Shown here piece after piece: positions 19,901 through 27,599 of a stretch of DNA of 40,000 nt. The notes under the pieces are model-generated. The model was not told the DNA's origin. It ran no database searches and worked only from the letters and a program-made list of their open reading frames with translations. Source of the stretch: Methylibium sp. (lineage in GTDB: Bacteria > Pseudomonadota > Gammaproteobacteria > Burkholderiales > Burkholderiaceae_C); contig NZ_OZ257250.1 in assembly GCF_965279545.1 (NCBI RefSeq), positions 445,005-485,004 on the forward strand, given 5' to 3'. The translations under genes were made by a program, and so were the position numbers. How positions within the stretch are numbered: the stretch's first letter is position 1; each line of letters starts with the position of its first letter.

Positions 19901-20078
19901 GCTATAGCGTGTCGGTGGGCGCTAGTCACCGGTTGGGCCTCTCTGGCTGGTCGGTGCGCTCAGCCTGCGCTGCCTGCTGTGGCATTGGTTGAACATCGCG
20001 CCCCCCTTGATTCGTACTCTCGGGGGGCGCACCTACTTCTGGGGCGCATGTTAGCAGGATTTCAGCTCTCACAACGCT

Positions 20079-20107
20079 TTGACGCCAAATCTGTGTTCAA
20101 ATTAAGT
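20079..20107 (+). promoter_or_regulatory. candidate sigma70 promoter for the 328-aa island gene
   Basis: TTGACG (20079-20084), 17-nt spacer, TTAAGT (20102-20107), ~37 nt upstream of the ATG at 20144. Confidence 0.3.
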
Positions 20108-20143
20108 TCTGGCGCCAACCGGCGGCAGAGCAAGGAGAACACC

Positions 20144-21130
20144 ATGTCCCGTGGGCCGGCCTACCCCTACGTAAATTTGGGTGACGCGATCACCCTCACT
20201 AGAAAACTCTTCGATTTCGCGAAACGCGGGGCGGCAAACCTCAACGCGGTTCTCAAGGACAAGTGGGACTACAGCCCGACCAGCAGCAGCGCCGGAAAGA
20301 TCGTCGCCGCGCTGAAGTATTACGGTCTGATTGACGTGCTGCCCGCACCGGCCGCTGGGGGCGGTGAATCAATCCGAATCACAGACAGGGCCTACAGAGT
20401 TCTCGTCGACGATGAGAAGTCACCCGAGCGTATCAAGGCGCTAAAGGAAGCGTGCCTCGCTCCCAAGGCATACAACCTTTGTTGGACGACATGGGGGCGC
20501 GATCTTCCTGAATCTATGCGTTCCACCCTCATTTTCAGCCACGGCTTCAATGATTCGACGGTCGACAACTTCTTGACCAACTACAAGAAATCGATTCAGT
20601 TTGCTGGCTTGCTGGAGCCGGAATTAGCAAAAAGCCAAGATCCAGAGCGCGTCGATTCAAAAAAGAACAAACACAACATCGGGGACTACGTACAATGGGA
20701 GCACGAAGGCGTTCTTGGCTTTCCGAAGGCTCTTAGGCTCGTGAAGTTCTCGGACGACGAAGCGTTTGCATGGGTCGAAGGGCACACAACGGGGTTGCCG
20801 GCGCATGAACTGATCGCGGCCGAAGCGCCGCCTATGGTCGTGAACAAGGGCGATACCGCGTCGCGGGTAATCGAAGTCGGCGCGGGCCGCCTTTCGACCA
20901 GCGGTCAGGCCCCCCGCGTGCCCCCACAGAAGGGGAACGGAATGAGACAAGAAGTCTTGTCGCTAGACGAAGGCGAAGTTGTATTGCAGTGGCCGGCCAA
21001 CATCGGTACGAATGGCGTCGCCGACATGGAAGAGTGGGTGAAGTTCCTGCTTAAGCGGCTGCAGCGCTCTTTGAGAGAGACGCCCAACAAGACGGAACCG
21101 TCGGATAGACCCACTGACGCAGCTTCGTGA
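20144..21130 (+). CDS. hypothetical protein, 328 aa, no confident family assignment
   Basis: AAGGAGAA Shine-Dalgarno sequence lies 5 nt upstream of the ATG at 20144, in the frame of ORF 19676..21130. Followed by a terminator. Lower GC than the host genes. Confidence 0.7.
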   Translation: MSRGPAYPYVNLGDAITLTRKLFDFAKRGAANLNAVLKDKWDYSPTSSSAGKIVAALKYYGLIDVLPAPAAGGGESIRITDRAYRVLVDDEKSPERIKALKEACLAPKAYNLCWTTWGRDLPESMRSTLIFSHGFNDSTVDNFLTNYKKSIQFAGLLEPELAKSQDPERVDSKKNKHNIGDYVQWEHEGVLGFPKALRLVKFSDDEAFAWVEGHTTGLPAHELIAAEAPPMVVNKGDTASRVIEVGAGRLSTSGQAPRVPPQKGNGMRQEVLSLDEGEVVLQWPANIGTNGVADMEEWVKFLLKRLQRSLRETPNKTEPSDRPTDAAS

Positions 21131-21140
21131 ATTGAAAGAC

Positions 21141-21170
21141 AAAGGTGCCCATGAGGCGCCTTTGCTTTTC
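21141..21170 (+). terminator. rho-independent terminator of the island gene
   Basis: AAAGGTGCC-catga-GGCGCCTTT (9 bp including one G-U pair), followed by GCTTTTC. Confidence 0.6.
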
Positions 21171-21242
21171 TGGTCTGCCCCGTCAAGTCCATCATTGCCA
21201 AAATAATATTCGCTCTAAGTGACCGGAGCACCACGCTAGTTC

Positions 21243-21476
21243 ATGCTTCTCACCTTGTTCCTCGCGCTGTGTGTGTTCCACATAGCGACCATCATCCTCA
21301 TCAGAGTCACGAGCGGCGACATCTTCGCCAATCTGAAGGCTGATCTTCCAACTGTCATGCGTCGCCTCAAGGAACGCCGGCCGGTTGCTCATCGCGTCTA
21401 CCAGGTGTCGCTCGGCCTTCCACTCGTGTACCTGGTCATGATGGTTGGCGCCAAGTTGCTTGATCTCGCCTTTTAG
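21243..21476 (+). CDS. hypothetical small membrane protein, 77 aa (weak call)
   Basis: Hydrophobic N- and C-terminal segments (MLLTLFLALCVFHIATIILI..., LGLPLVYLVMMVGA). Hand-counted GC3 is 73% against 62% for the overlapping antisense ORF 21192..21629. No good Shine-Dalgarno sequence. Confidence 0.3.
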   Translation: MLLTLFLALCVFHIATIILIRVTSGDIFANLKADLPTVMRRLKERRPVAHRVYQVSLGLPLVYLVMMVGAKLLDLAF

Positions 21477-21647
21477 GTCCGTTGAACTTCTTGCAGCGTT
21501 CCCACCGTCATGTGGGGGCACCGGCGCAATGGAAAGCGTGGCCGCGATGGCGAGGTTATGTCGCGGTCCGGTGACGCAGGGGGAGCCCAAGCTGTGTGAA
21601 TGGGTTGGCCAGGCATGGAAGCCAGCCATCTGCGTTGCCGCCCGCCT

Positions 21648-22382
21648 TCAGCCCTCGTCCATCAACTCCATCACGAGCCGGCCGCCGAACACCAGCCCGC
21701 TCGACCCGACCAGCTCCTCGCGCTCCAGCCGCACCAGGCCGACGCCGGGGCAGTACCACTCGCGCGCGACGATGGGCACGTCGCGCCAGCCGCCCACCGA
21801 GCTGGAGAAGATGCGCACCTGGCCATTGCCCTCCGCCTTGGTGCAGCCGCTGTAGCGGCGGCCATCGGACTCCACCGCCGCGTCGACCGCGGTGATGCTG
21901 AACAACATCGGCACCGTGGGGAAGCGGTAGCGCGACTCGCGCGGGTAGTTGGTGTTCTCGAGCAGCAGGTAGGGCGTGGTGTCGGTCTGCCACTGGGTGC
22001 CAACGGTGTAGGGGGCCTTGAGCACGTAGCGGCGCGCGGCGTCGGGCTGCGGTCCGGCGTCGATCTCGCTCTTGCTGGCGACGCGGTAGATGCCGCTGTC
22101 GTCGGCGCGCAGCCAGTAGTCGGCGCCGCCATCGCTGTGGCGATGCCAGGCGGGGCCGGGGTCGGCAGCTTGTTCCACCGTCAGCACGTCCGGGGCAAGG
22201 GTGCGCAGCGTCAGGGTCTCCTGCGCGCGGCTGTTGTCCTCGAGATCGCTGGTCGAGCGGTAGACCCAGGTCCGGCCCGGCTCCAGCGGGAACAGCTTGG
22301 TCGCGGCGGGCGGCTTGCCGCAGCCGCCGAGGAGGGCCGCCAGCAGCGGCAGGCCCAGGGCGAGAGCGCGGCGCATGCTCAT
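21648..22382 (-). CDS. lipoprotein of unknown function (fourth gene of the MotA/ExbB-like operon)
   Basis: MSMRRALALGLPLLAALLGGCG is a signal peptide with a lipobox. The ATG at 22382 forms an ATGA overlap with the upstream stop. Alternative ATG at 22376. Confidence 0.75.
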   Translation of the reverse strand: MSMRRALALGLPLLAALLGGCGKPPAATKLFPLEPGRTWVYRSTSDLEDNSRAQETLTLRTLAPDVLTVEQAADPGPAWHRHSDGGADYWLRADDSGIYRVASKSEIDAGPQPDAARRYVLKAPYTVGTQWQTDTTPYLLLENTNYPRESRYRFPTVPMLFSITAVDAAVESDGRRYSGCTKAEGNGQVRIFSSSVGGWRDVPIVAREWYCPGVGLVRLEREELVGSSGLVFGGRLVMELMDEG

Positions 22383-22873
22383 TTCTCCGGCAGCTGGGGC
22401 TTGGGCAGGTCGCGGATCTTCACGTCCTGCTCGTCGCGGCCCGGTCGCAACCAGGCCAGGCCCTTGCGGCCAGCCTTGGGCTCCGCGGTGCCGAGCTGGC
22501 TGACGCCCTGACGGGACCTCTTCATGCCCTCGTTCAGCAGTCCGTGCAGGTCCTTGGCGTAGGGCAGCCGGTAGGCACGCGGCTCCAGGGCCGGCTTGCC
22601 GTCCTCGATCGCGTTCAACCAGACGTACAGCGCACCGGGGTGCGAAGCGGTCGGCTCGTCGATCACGGCCGAGAGCAGGACGAAGCGCGGCGGCAGGGCT
22701 TCGGCCGCGGGCAGCCCCCAGACCGCCTGCAGCACCGCGGCGGCGTGGAAGTACAGCACCGTGACGCCGGCGACCAGCAGGCCTTTGAGCCACGCAGGCC
22801 AGCGCGAATAGAACAGCGCGAGGGCAGTCAGCGCGAGCAGGACCGCATAGGTGATGGCGATGGAAAGCGTCAT
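22379..22873 (-). CDS. membrane protein of unknown function (two predicted N-terminal TM helices)
   Basis: ATG at 22873 (MTLSIAITYAVLLALTALALFY...LLVAGVTVLYFHAAAVL) in the frame of ORF 22379..23524. 14 nt downstream of the preceding stop. Confidence 0.65.
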   Translation of the reverse strand: MTLSIAITYAVLLALTALALFYSRWPAWLKGLLVAGVTVLYFHAAAVLQAVWGLPAAEALPPRFVLLSAVIDEPTASHPGALYVWLNAIEDGKPALEPRAYRLPYAKDLHGLLNEGMKRSRQGVSQLGTAEPKAGRKGLAWLRPGRDEQDVKIRDLPKPQLPEK

Positions 22874-22887
22874 GGCAAGGGGGCGGG

Positions 22888-23493
22888 TCAGAGTTGCTGC
22901 ACCAGGGTCTTGGGCAGGGTGTTGATGTTCGCGACGCTGCCGTCGGGCTGCACGGTGAAGCGCAGTGCCGTGGCCTCGTCGCCTTTGCGCGCGAGCTTGA
23001 CGGTGCCGTAGTACGCGACCTCGGCACGCGGGTTGACCTTCACGAGCGACACCGTCGCCTCGACGGGCTCGCCGTTCTTGCTCTCGTAGTACTGCACGTT
23101 GACCGTGTACTCGCCGGGCGCGACGCCTCTGAGCGTGACCACCTCCTGGTTCAGCGGGTTCACGATCTGCTTGCCGTTGACGACGATGGTGTCGTTCGCG
23201 AGGCCGCGGTCGTCGCGGTCGAGGTGCATCAAGCCCGCTTCGCGCGCACGGAACCACACCAGCTCGCCGTTGGGGTCCTGCACCCAGGTGTCGAGGTCGT
23301 TCGGGTTGTAGTCGGGCCAGCTGACGGTGATGATGAACTCCGCCTTGGCCGGGATGTCGCCGGCCTTGAGCGCCTTCGGGTTCATCGCCAGCAGCGCGAT
23401 GATGAAACAGAAGACGAAGGCGATCAGCATGTTGAACAACATGTCGTAGAACGGGTCGACCTCGACCTCGCGGGTACGACGATGTCGGCTCAT
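22888..23493 (-). CDS. ExbD/TolR-like single-TM protein with a non-canonical periplasmic beta-rich domain
   Basis: 201 aa. RTREVEVDPFYDMLFNMLIAFVFCFII carries an Asp at the start of the TM helix, as in ExbD/TolR/MotB. The C-terminal DLDTWVQDPNGELVWF...LDRDDRG...GEYTVNVQYY does not look ExbD-like. Confidence 0.65.
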   Translation of the reverse strand: MSRHRRTREVEVDPFYDMLFNMLIAFVFCFIIALLAMNPKALKAGDIPAKAEFIITVSWPDYNPNDLDTWVQDPNGELVWFRAREAGLMHLDRDDRGLANDTIVVNGKQIVNPLNQEVVTLRGVAPGEYTVNVQYYESKNGEPVEATVSLVKVNPRAEVAYYGTVKLARKGDEATALRFTVQPDGSVANINTLPKTLVQQL

Positions 23494-24236
23494 GCCTTCG
23501 TCCCGGGCGCCGGCCCGCCGTCACGTGCGCCGTGAGTCAGCCCGTGGCGCTGTGCATCGGCGACCAGCGCATCGGCATAGCGGTCCAGGCGCGTCAGCTG
23601 CAGCCCGAGCAGGATGTTGCCGACCAGGCCGACCATCGTGGTCAGCAGCGCGATGCCCAGGCCCGAGGTCAGGCTCTTGAGCAAGGCCTGGGACTGCGCG
23701 GCGTCGAAGCTTTCGGTGTGGCCGATCTGGATCGCGAGGATCGAGAAGCCGATCACCTTGCCGAGCAGGCCGAGCTTGAGCTGGATGCCGTTGACCCACC
23801 ACGCGGTGGCGTGCGGGCCATGGGTCTGCTCCATCAGCACGTCCAGCGGCGCGTCGAAGTCGGTCGGTCGCTGCGCGAGGGCCGCCCAGTAGTCGGCCAC
23901 CCATCCGGCGCCGTCGCGCCGGCCGGTGGTGACCGCATGGTGCAGCGCGGCGCGCTGCTGCTGCAGTTCGCGCGCGCGCCGCCCGGCCCAGAAGGACGCG
24001 GCGACGAAGACCACCAGGATGACCAGCGTCAGTCCGGTCGGGTCGGAGCTCAGTAGCAGGCCCCACACGCCGCGCACGCCGAGCAGCCAGGTGCCGAAGC
24101 CCAGCAGTCCGACCAAGGCCAGCCACTCGAGCCAGATCGGCTCGGGCAGCGTGCTGCCGCGCAGCGCAGCGCCGGTGCGGCGGTTGTCGGTGGCGGCCGT
24201 CATGCGCCGCCGCCGCAGCGTGACGATGGCCCACAT
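23490..24236 (-). CDS. MotA/TolQ/ExbB proton-channel family protein; start 24236 or, more likely, 24203
   Basis: C-terminal LGLLGKVIGF...LTSGLGIALLTTMVGLVGNILLGLQ matches the MotA_ExbB signature. ATGA overlap with the downstream gene. Confidence 0.75.
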   Translation of the reverse strand: MWAIVTLRRRRMTAATDNRRTGAALRGSTLPEPIWLEWLALVGLLGFGTWLLGVRGVWGLLLSSDPTGLTLVILVVFVAASFWAGRRARELQQQRAALHHAVTTGRRDGAGWVADYWAALAQRPTDFDAPLDVLMEQTHGPHATAWWVNGIQLKLGLLGKVIGFSILAIQIGHTESFDAAQSQALLKSLTSGLGIALLTTMVGLVGNILLGLQLTRLDRYADALVADAQRHGLTHGARDGGPAPGTKA

Positions 24237-24283
24237 CGCGTGGGCATTGGGGCCCGGTGTTGCCGGGCGAACTTCGACCGCAT
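24200..24283 (-). CDS. 27-codon upstream ORF / possible leader peptide (MRSKFARQHRAPMPTRCGPSSRCGGGA)
   Basis: GGAGG-cagcc-ATG gives ideal Shine-Dalgarno spacing at 24293-24281. Its TGA (24202-24200) overlaps the in-frame MotA-like ATG at 24203 as ATGA. Confidence 0.3.
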   Translation of the reverse strand: MRSKFARQHRAPMPTRCGPSSRCGGGA

Positions 24284-24414
24284 GGCTGCCTCCGTGTCGG
24301 TTGGACGTCCCGACCGTCGGCGGCAGGCCGGACCGACGGTGCTGAGGGGGTGAATTCGTTGCCGATGTTAGACAGGCTGCGCGCTTTGGCGCAGGGCAGT
24401 TTGCCCGCCGTGGG

Positions 24415-25218
24415 TCAGGCGCCGCCGCCGCGCTTGGCGAGCTGCCCGAAGCCGCGCTGCGGGTCGTAGCCCCAGCACGCCAGCGCGAAGAAGACCGCGA
24501 GGCAGCCGAGCACCACCCAGGGTGCTGCTCCGGGGTCCTGGCCGTACAGCGCGAGGCGGATCCATTCGACGGCGTGCGTGAAGGGGTTGAGGCGGGCCAC
24601 CTGGTGGATCCACCCGGTGCCCGACGCCTGCAGCTGCGGCAGCGGGTAGAGCGCGGTCGACAGGAAGTACATCGGGAAGATGACGAAGTTCATCGTGCCG
24701 GCGAAGTTCTCCAGCTGCTTGATGTGCACCGACAGCAGCAAGCCGACCGCGCCGAGCATCAGCGCACCGGCCAGCAGCGCCCCCAGGGCATGCAGGCCGC
24801 CCCACGACGCGACCGGCAGGTCGGTGCCGATCAGCAGCGCCACCGCCACGAAGGCCAGCGCCTGCAGCGCCGACAGCAGCGCCGTCGCGCACAGCTTGCA
24901 GAACAGCAGCCACGGCCGCGGCAGCGGCGCGGTGAGCAGCAGGCGCATCAGGCCCATCTCGCGGTCGTAGACCATCGACAGCGAGGACTGCATGCCGTTG
25001 AACAGCAGCACCATGCCGACCAGGCCGGGCACGATGTAGACGTCGTAGGGTTGCTGCAAGCTCGCGTCGGCGACGTGGCGAAAGCCGGCGGCGAACACGG
25101 CCAGCCAGAGCAGCGGCCGCACCAGGGCCGACACCCACCGGCCGGTCTGCTGCGAGAACTTCAGCAGTTCGCGCATCACGATGGCCCGAAGCGCCTGCAG
25201 CGCATGCCGGGCTCTCAT
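24415..25218 (-). CDS. ABC-2 type transporter permease
   Basis: ATG at 25218 (MRARHALQALRAIVMRELLKF...) in ORF 24415..25989. About 6 hydrophobic segments. ATGA overlap with the ATPase gene. Confidence 0.85.
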   Translation of the reverse strand: MRARHALQALRAIVMRELLKFSQQTGRWVSALVRPLLWLAVFAAGFRHVADASLQQPYDVYIVPGLVGMVLLFNGMQSSLSMVYDREMGLMRLLLTAPLPRPWLLFCKLCATALLSALQALAFVAVALLIGTDLPVASWGGLHALGALLAGALMLGAVGLLLSVHIKQLENFAGTMNFVIFPMYFLSTALYPLPQLQASGTGWIHQVARLNPFTHAVEWIRLALYGQDPGAAPWVVLGCLAVFFALACWGYDPQRGFGQLAKRGGGA

Positions 25219-25964
25219 CGGCGCTCCCGGGGCGCTGCGGCATCGGCGCTGCCGCTGGTGCGCGCGATGAAGCCCTGCTCCAGCGTCGGCTCGCCGAGCG
25301 CCGCCGTCACCGCGGCGGGCGTGCCGTCGGCCAGCAGCTCGCCCTGGTGCAGCACCAGCACCCGGTCGGCCGGCGCGGCCTCCTCGACCCAGTGCGTGGC
25401 CCACAGCACGCACACGCCGCGCGTTCGCACGTCCTCGCGCAGGGCGGCGAGCAGGTCGTGGCGCGACTTCGGGTCCAGGCCGACGGTGGCCTCGTCCATC
25501 AGCAGCACGGCGGGGCGGTGCAGGCCGGCCCGCACCAGCTCGACCTTGCGGCGGTTGCCCCCCGACAGCTCGCGCACCTTGCGGTCGAGCTCGGCGCCGA
25601 GGCCGAAGCGCGCACCGTCGGTGGCGATGCGCTCGTTGGCGAGGGCGCGCGGCAGGCCGTGCAGGTCGGCGTGAAACAGCAGGTTGCGGCGCACGCTCAG
25701 GTCCAGGTCGAGCGAGATCTGCTGGAACACCACACCGATGTTGCGCAGCGCCGCAGGGGCGTCGTGGCGCAGCGAGTGGCCGGCGACTTCGACCTCGCCC
25801 TCGTCGGCCGCGAACAGGCCCGTCAGCACCTGGAACAGCGTGGACTTGCCGGCGCCGTTCGGACCGAGCAAGGCGGTGAATTCGCCGGGGCGCAGCGTGA
25901 GCGTGAGGGACTTCAGGGCCGTGCGCTCGCCGTAGCGCTTGGTCAGCCCGCGCACGCTCAGCAT
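25215..25964 (-). CDS. ABC transporter ATP-binding protein
   Basis: Walker A GPNGAGKST, signature LSGGNRRKV, Walker B VLLMDEAT. GGGAGG Shine-Dalgarno sequence upstream. Confidence 0.9.
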   Translation of the reverse strand: MLSVRGLTKRYGERTALKSLTLTLRPGEFTALLGPNGAGKSTLFQVLTGLFAADEGEVEVAGHSLRHDAPAALRNIGVVFQQISLDLDLSVRRNLLFHADLHGLPRALANERIATDGARFGLGAELDRKVRELSGGNRRKVELVRAGLHRPAVLLMDEATVGLDPKSRHDLLAALREDVRTRGVCVLWATHWVEEAAPADRVLVLHQGELLADGTPAAVTAALGEPTLEQGFIARTSGSADAAAPRERR

Positions 25965-26025
25965 CGCGAGGCGACCTCCCGGCGGGCACCGGTCCCCGGG
26001 CGGCCGGTGTCGACGGCCCGGTGCA

Positions 26026-27297
26026 TCACCGGGTCTCGACGGCAGCCGGCTCGGCGCAGTGCCGGGCGTCGCGCCCGTCGTCGGACAGCGTGCGCGAGTT
26101 CGCGTCGGAGCGGTACCACAGGCTGCCGCTGCGCGCCGCGCCCGGCACGAAGCGCAGCGGCTGGGCGGCGACGGTCGGTATGTTCTTCGCGTCCTGCACC
26201 GCGGCGTCGAGCGTGGCGTCGATCAGGTGGCGGTCGGGGCTCTTCGGGCACACCGGATCGGTGGCCGCCGCATCGCCGGTGACGAGGAAGGCCTGGCAGC
26301 GGCAGCCGCCGTGGTCGATCGGGTGCTGGTCGCAGGACAGGCAGGTCTCGCTCATCCACGAGGTGCCGCGGTAGCGGTTGAAGGCGTCGCTGTCGCGCCA
26401 GATGCTCGCGATGCTGTGCTCGGTGACCTTGGGGAAATCGAAGCCGGGCAGCATGCGCGCGCTGTGGCAGGGCAGTGCCGTGCCGTCGGGTGCGATCACC
26501 ATGAACACCGCGCCCCAGCCGGCCATGCAGGGCTTGGGCTTGGCGTCGACGTAGTCGGGCGAGACCCACAGGATCTTCATGCGCCCGGCCAGCCGCTGGC
26601 GGTGGCTGTCGACGATCGCCTCGGCATCGCGCAGGTCGTCGGGCGTGGGCATCAGCGCGGCGCGGTTCAGCCAGGCCCAGCCGTAGTACTGGGTGTTCGC
26701 CAGTTCCAGGAACTCGGCGCCCATGCGCTCGGCCATGTCGATGATGCGGCCCACGTGCGGCAGGTTGTAGCGGTGCATCACGCAGTTGAGCACCATCGGG
26801 TAGCCGAGCGACTTGATGATCGCGGCCACCTTGTTCTTGTGCTCGAAGGTGCGCGTCGACGACAGGAAATCGTTCAGCTCCTTGGTCGAGTCCTGGAAAC
26901 TGAGCTGGATGTGGTCCAGCCCGGCGTCCTTCAGCGCGCGCGCGCGCTTCTCGGTCAGGCCGATGCCGGAGGTGATGAGGTTGGTGTAGTAGCCGAGCTG
27001 GCGCGCCTCGGCGACCAGCTCTTCGAGGTCGTCGCGCAGCAGCGGCTCGCCGCCGGAGAAGCCGAGCTGCACCGCGCCCATCTTGCGGGCCTCGCGGAAC
27101 ACGCGCTTCCAGTCTTCCGTGCCGATCTCGCTCATGTGGGCGGCGTAGTCGGTCGGGTTGGAGCAGAACACGCAGTGCAGCGGGCAGCTGTAGGTCAGCT
27201 CCGCGAGCAGCCACATCGGCGCGCCGGGCGCAGACCGGAGCTGGCCCGAGGGCACGCCCATGTCGTGCACTTCCTCAGACGATCCAGTTGCGTTCAT
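26026..27297 (-). CDS. pqqE: PQQ biosynthesis radical-SAM protein PqqE (alternative start 27261)
   Basis: WLLAELTYSCPLHCVFCSNP is a CxxxCxxC radical-SAM motif. SPASM-like Cys clusters lie near the C-terminus. Follows pqqD. Confidence 0.9.
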   Translation of the reverse strand: MNATGSSEEVHDMGVPSGQLRSAPGAPMWLLAELTYSCPLHCVFCSNPTDYAAHMSEIGTEDWKRVFREARKMGAVQLGFSGGEPLLRDDLEELVAEARQLGYYTNLITSGIGLTEKRARALKDAGLDHIQLSFQDSTKELNDFLSSTRTFEHKNKVAAIIKSLGYPMVLNCVMHRYNLPHVGRIIDMAERMGAEFLELANTQYYGWAWLNRAALMPTPDDLRDAEAIVDSHRQRLAGRMKILWVSPDYVDAKPKPCMAGWGAVFMVIAPDGTALPCHSARMLPGFDFPKVTEHSIASIWRDSDAFNRYRGTSWMSETCLSCDQHPIDHGGCRCQAFLVTGDAAATDPVCPKSPDRHLIDATLDAAVQDAKNIPTVAAQPLRFVPGAARSGSLWYRSDANSRTLSDDGRDARHCAEPAAVETR

Positions 27298-27544
27298 AGG
27301 CGCTTTGCAAGAACTCGTTCACATCGGCGCGCAGGTCGGTCTGGCCGAAGGCGCGCTCGAGGTCGGCAGTGATGTCGGTCACGCTGGCCTGGCCGTCGCA
27401 GCGCTTGAGGATTTCCGTGGCCGGTACGTTGAGCTTGACCAGGCCCTCGGGGTAGAGCAGCACCCAGCAGTCCTGCGCCGGCTCGAACTGCAGGCGGTAC
27501 ATCGGCGCGAGGCGCGGGCAGGCGGTGTCGGTGACGGCGCTCAT
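27275..27544 (-). CDS. pqqD: PQQ biosynthesis peptide chaperone PqqD
   Basis: 89 aa. ...YRLQFEPAQDCWVLLYPEGLVKLN..A.EIL..CDG is PqqD-like. Lies between pqqC and pqqE. Confidence 0.9.
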   Translation of the reverse strand: MSAVTDTACPRLAPMYRLQFEPAQDCWVLLYPEGLVKLNVPATEILKRCDGQASVTDITADLERAFGQTDLRADVNEFLQSAYERNWIV

Positions 27545-27599
27545 TGGGCCCCTCCGTGCTGCGCACTCCGGTATTCGCCCTTGGGACGGCCCGGCGCGC

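Noticed and set aside
19676-20143. GTG-initiated 156-codon N-terminal extension of the island gene (full ORF 19676..21130).
   Set aside because: The AAGGAGAA Shine-Dalgarno sequence is perfectly placed for the ATG at 20144. Hand-counted GC3 of the extension (~61%) is lower than for the gene body and for the antisense 87-aa ORF. Promoter-like boxes lie inside the extension.
21192-21629. 145-aa minus-strand ORF in the island's right end.
   Set aside because: It has no motif and no Shine-Dalgarno sequence. Its GC3 over the overlap (~62%) is lower than that of the plus-strand 77-aa ORF (~73%). I kept it only as an alternative reading.
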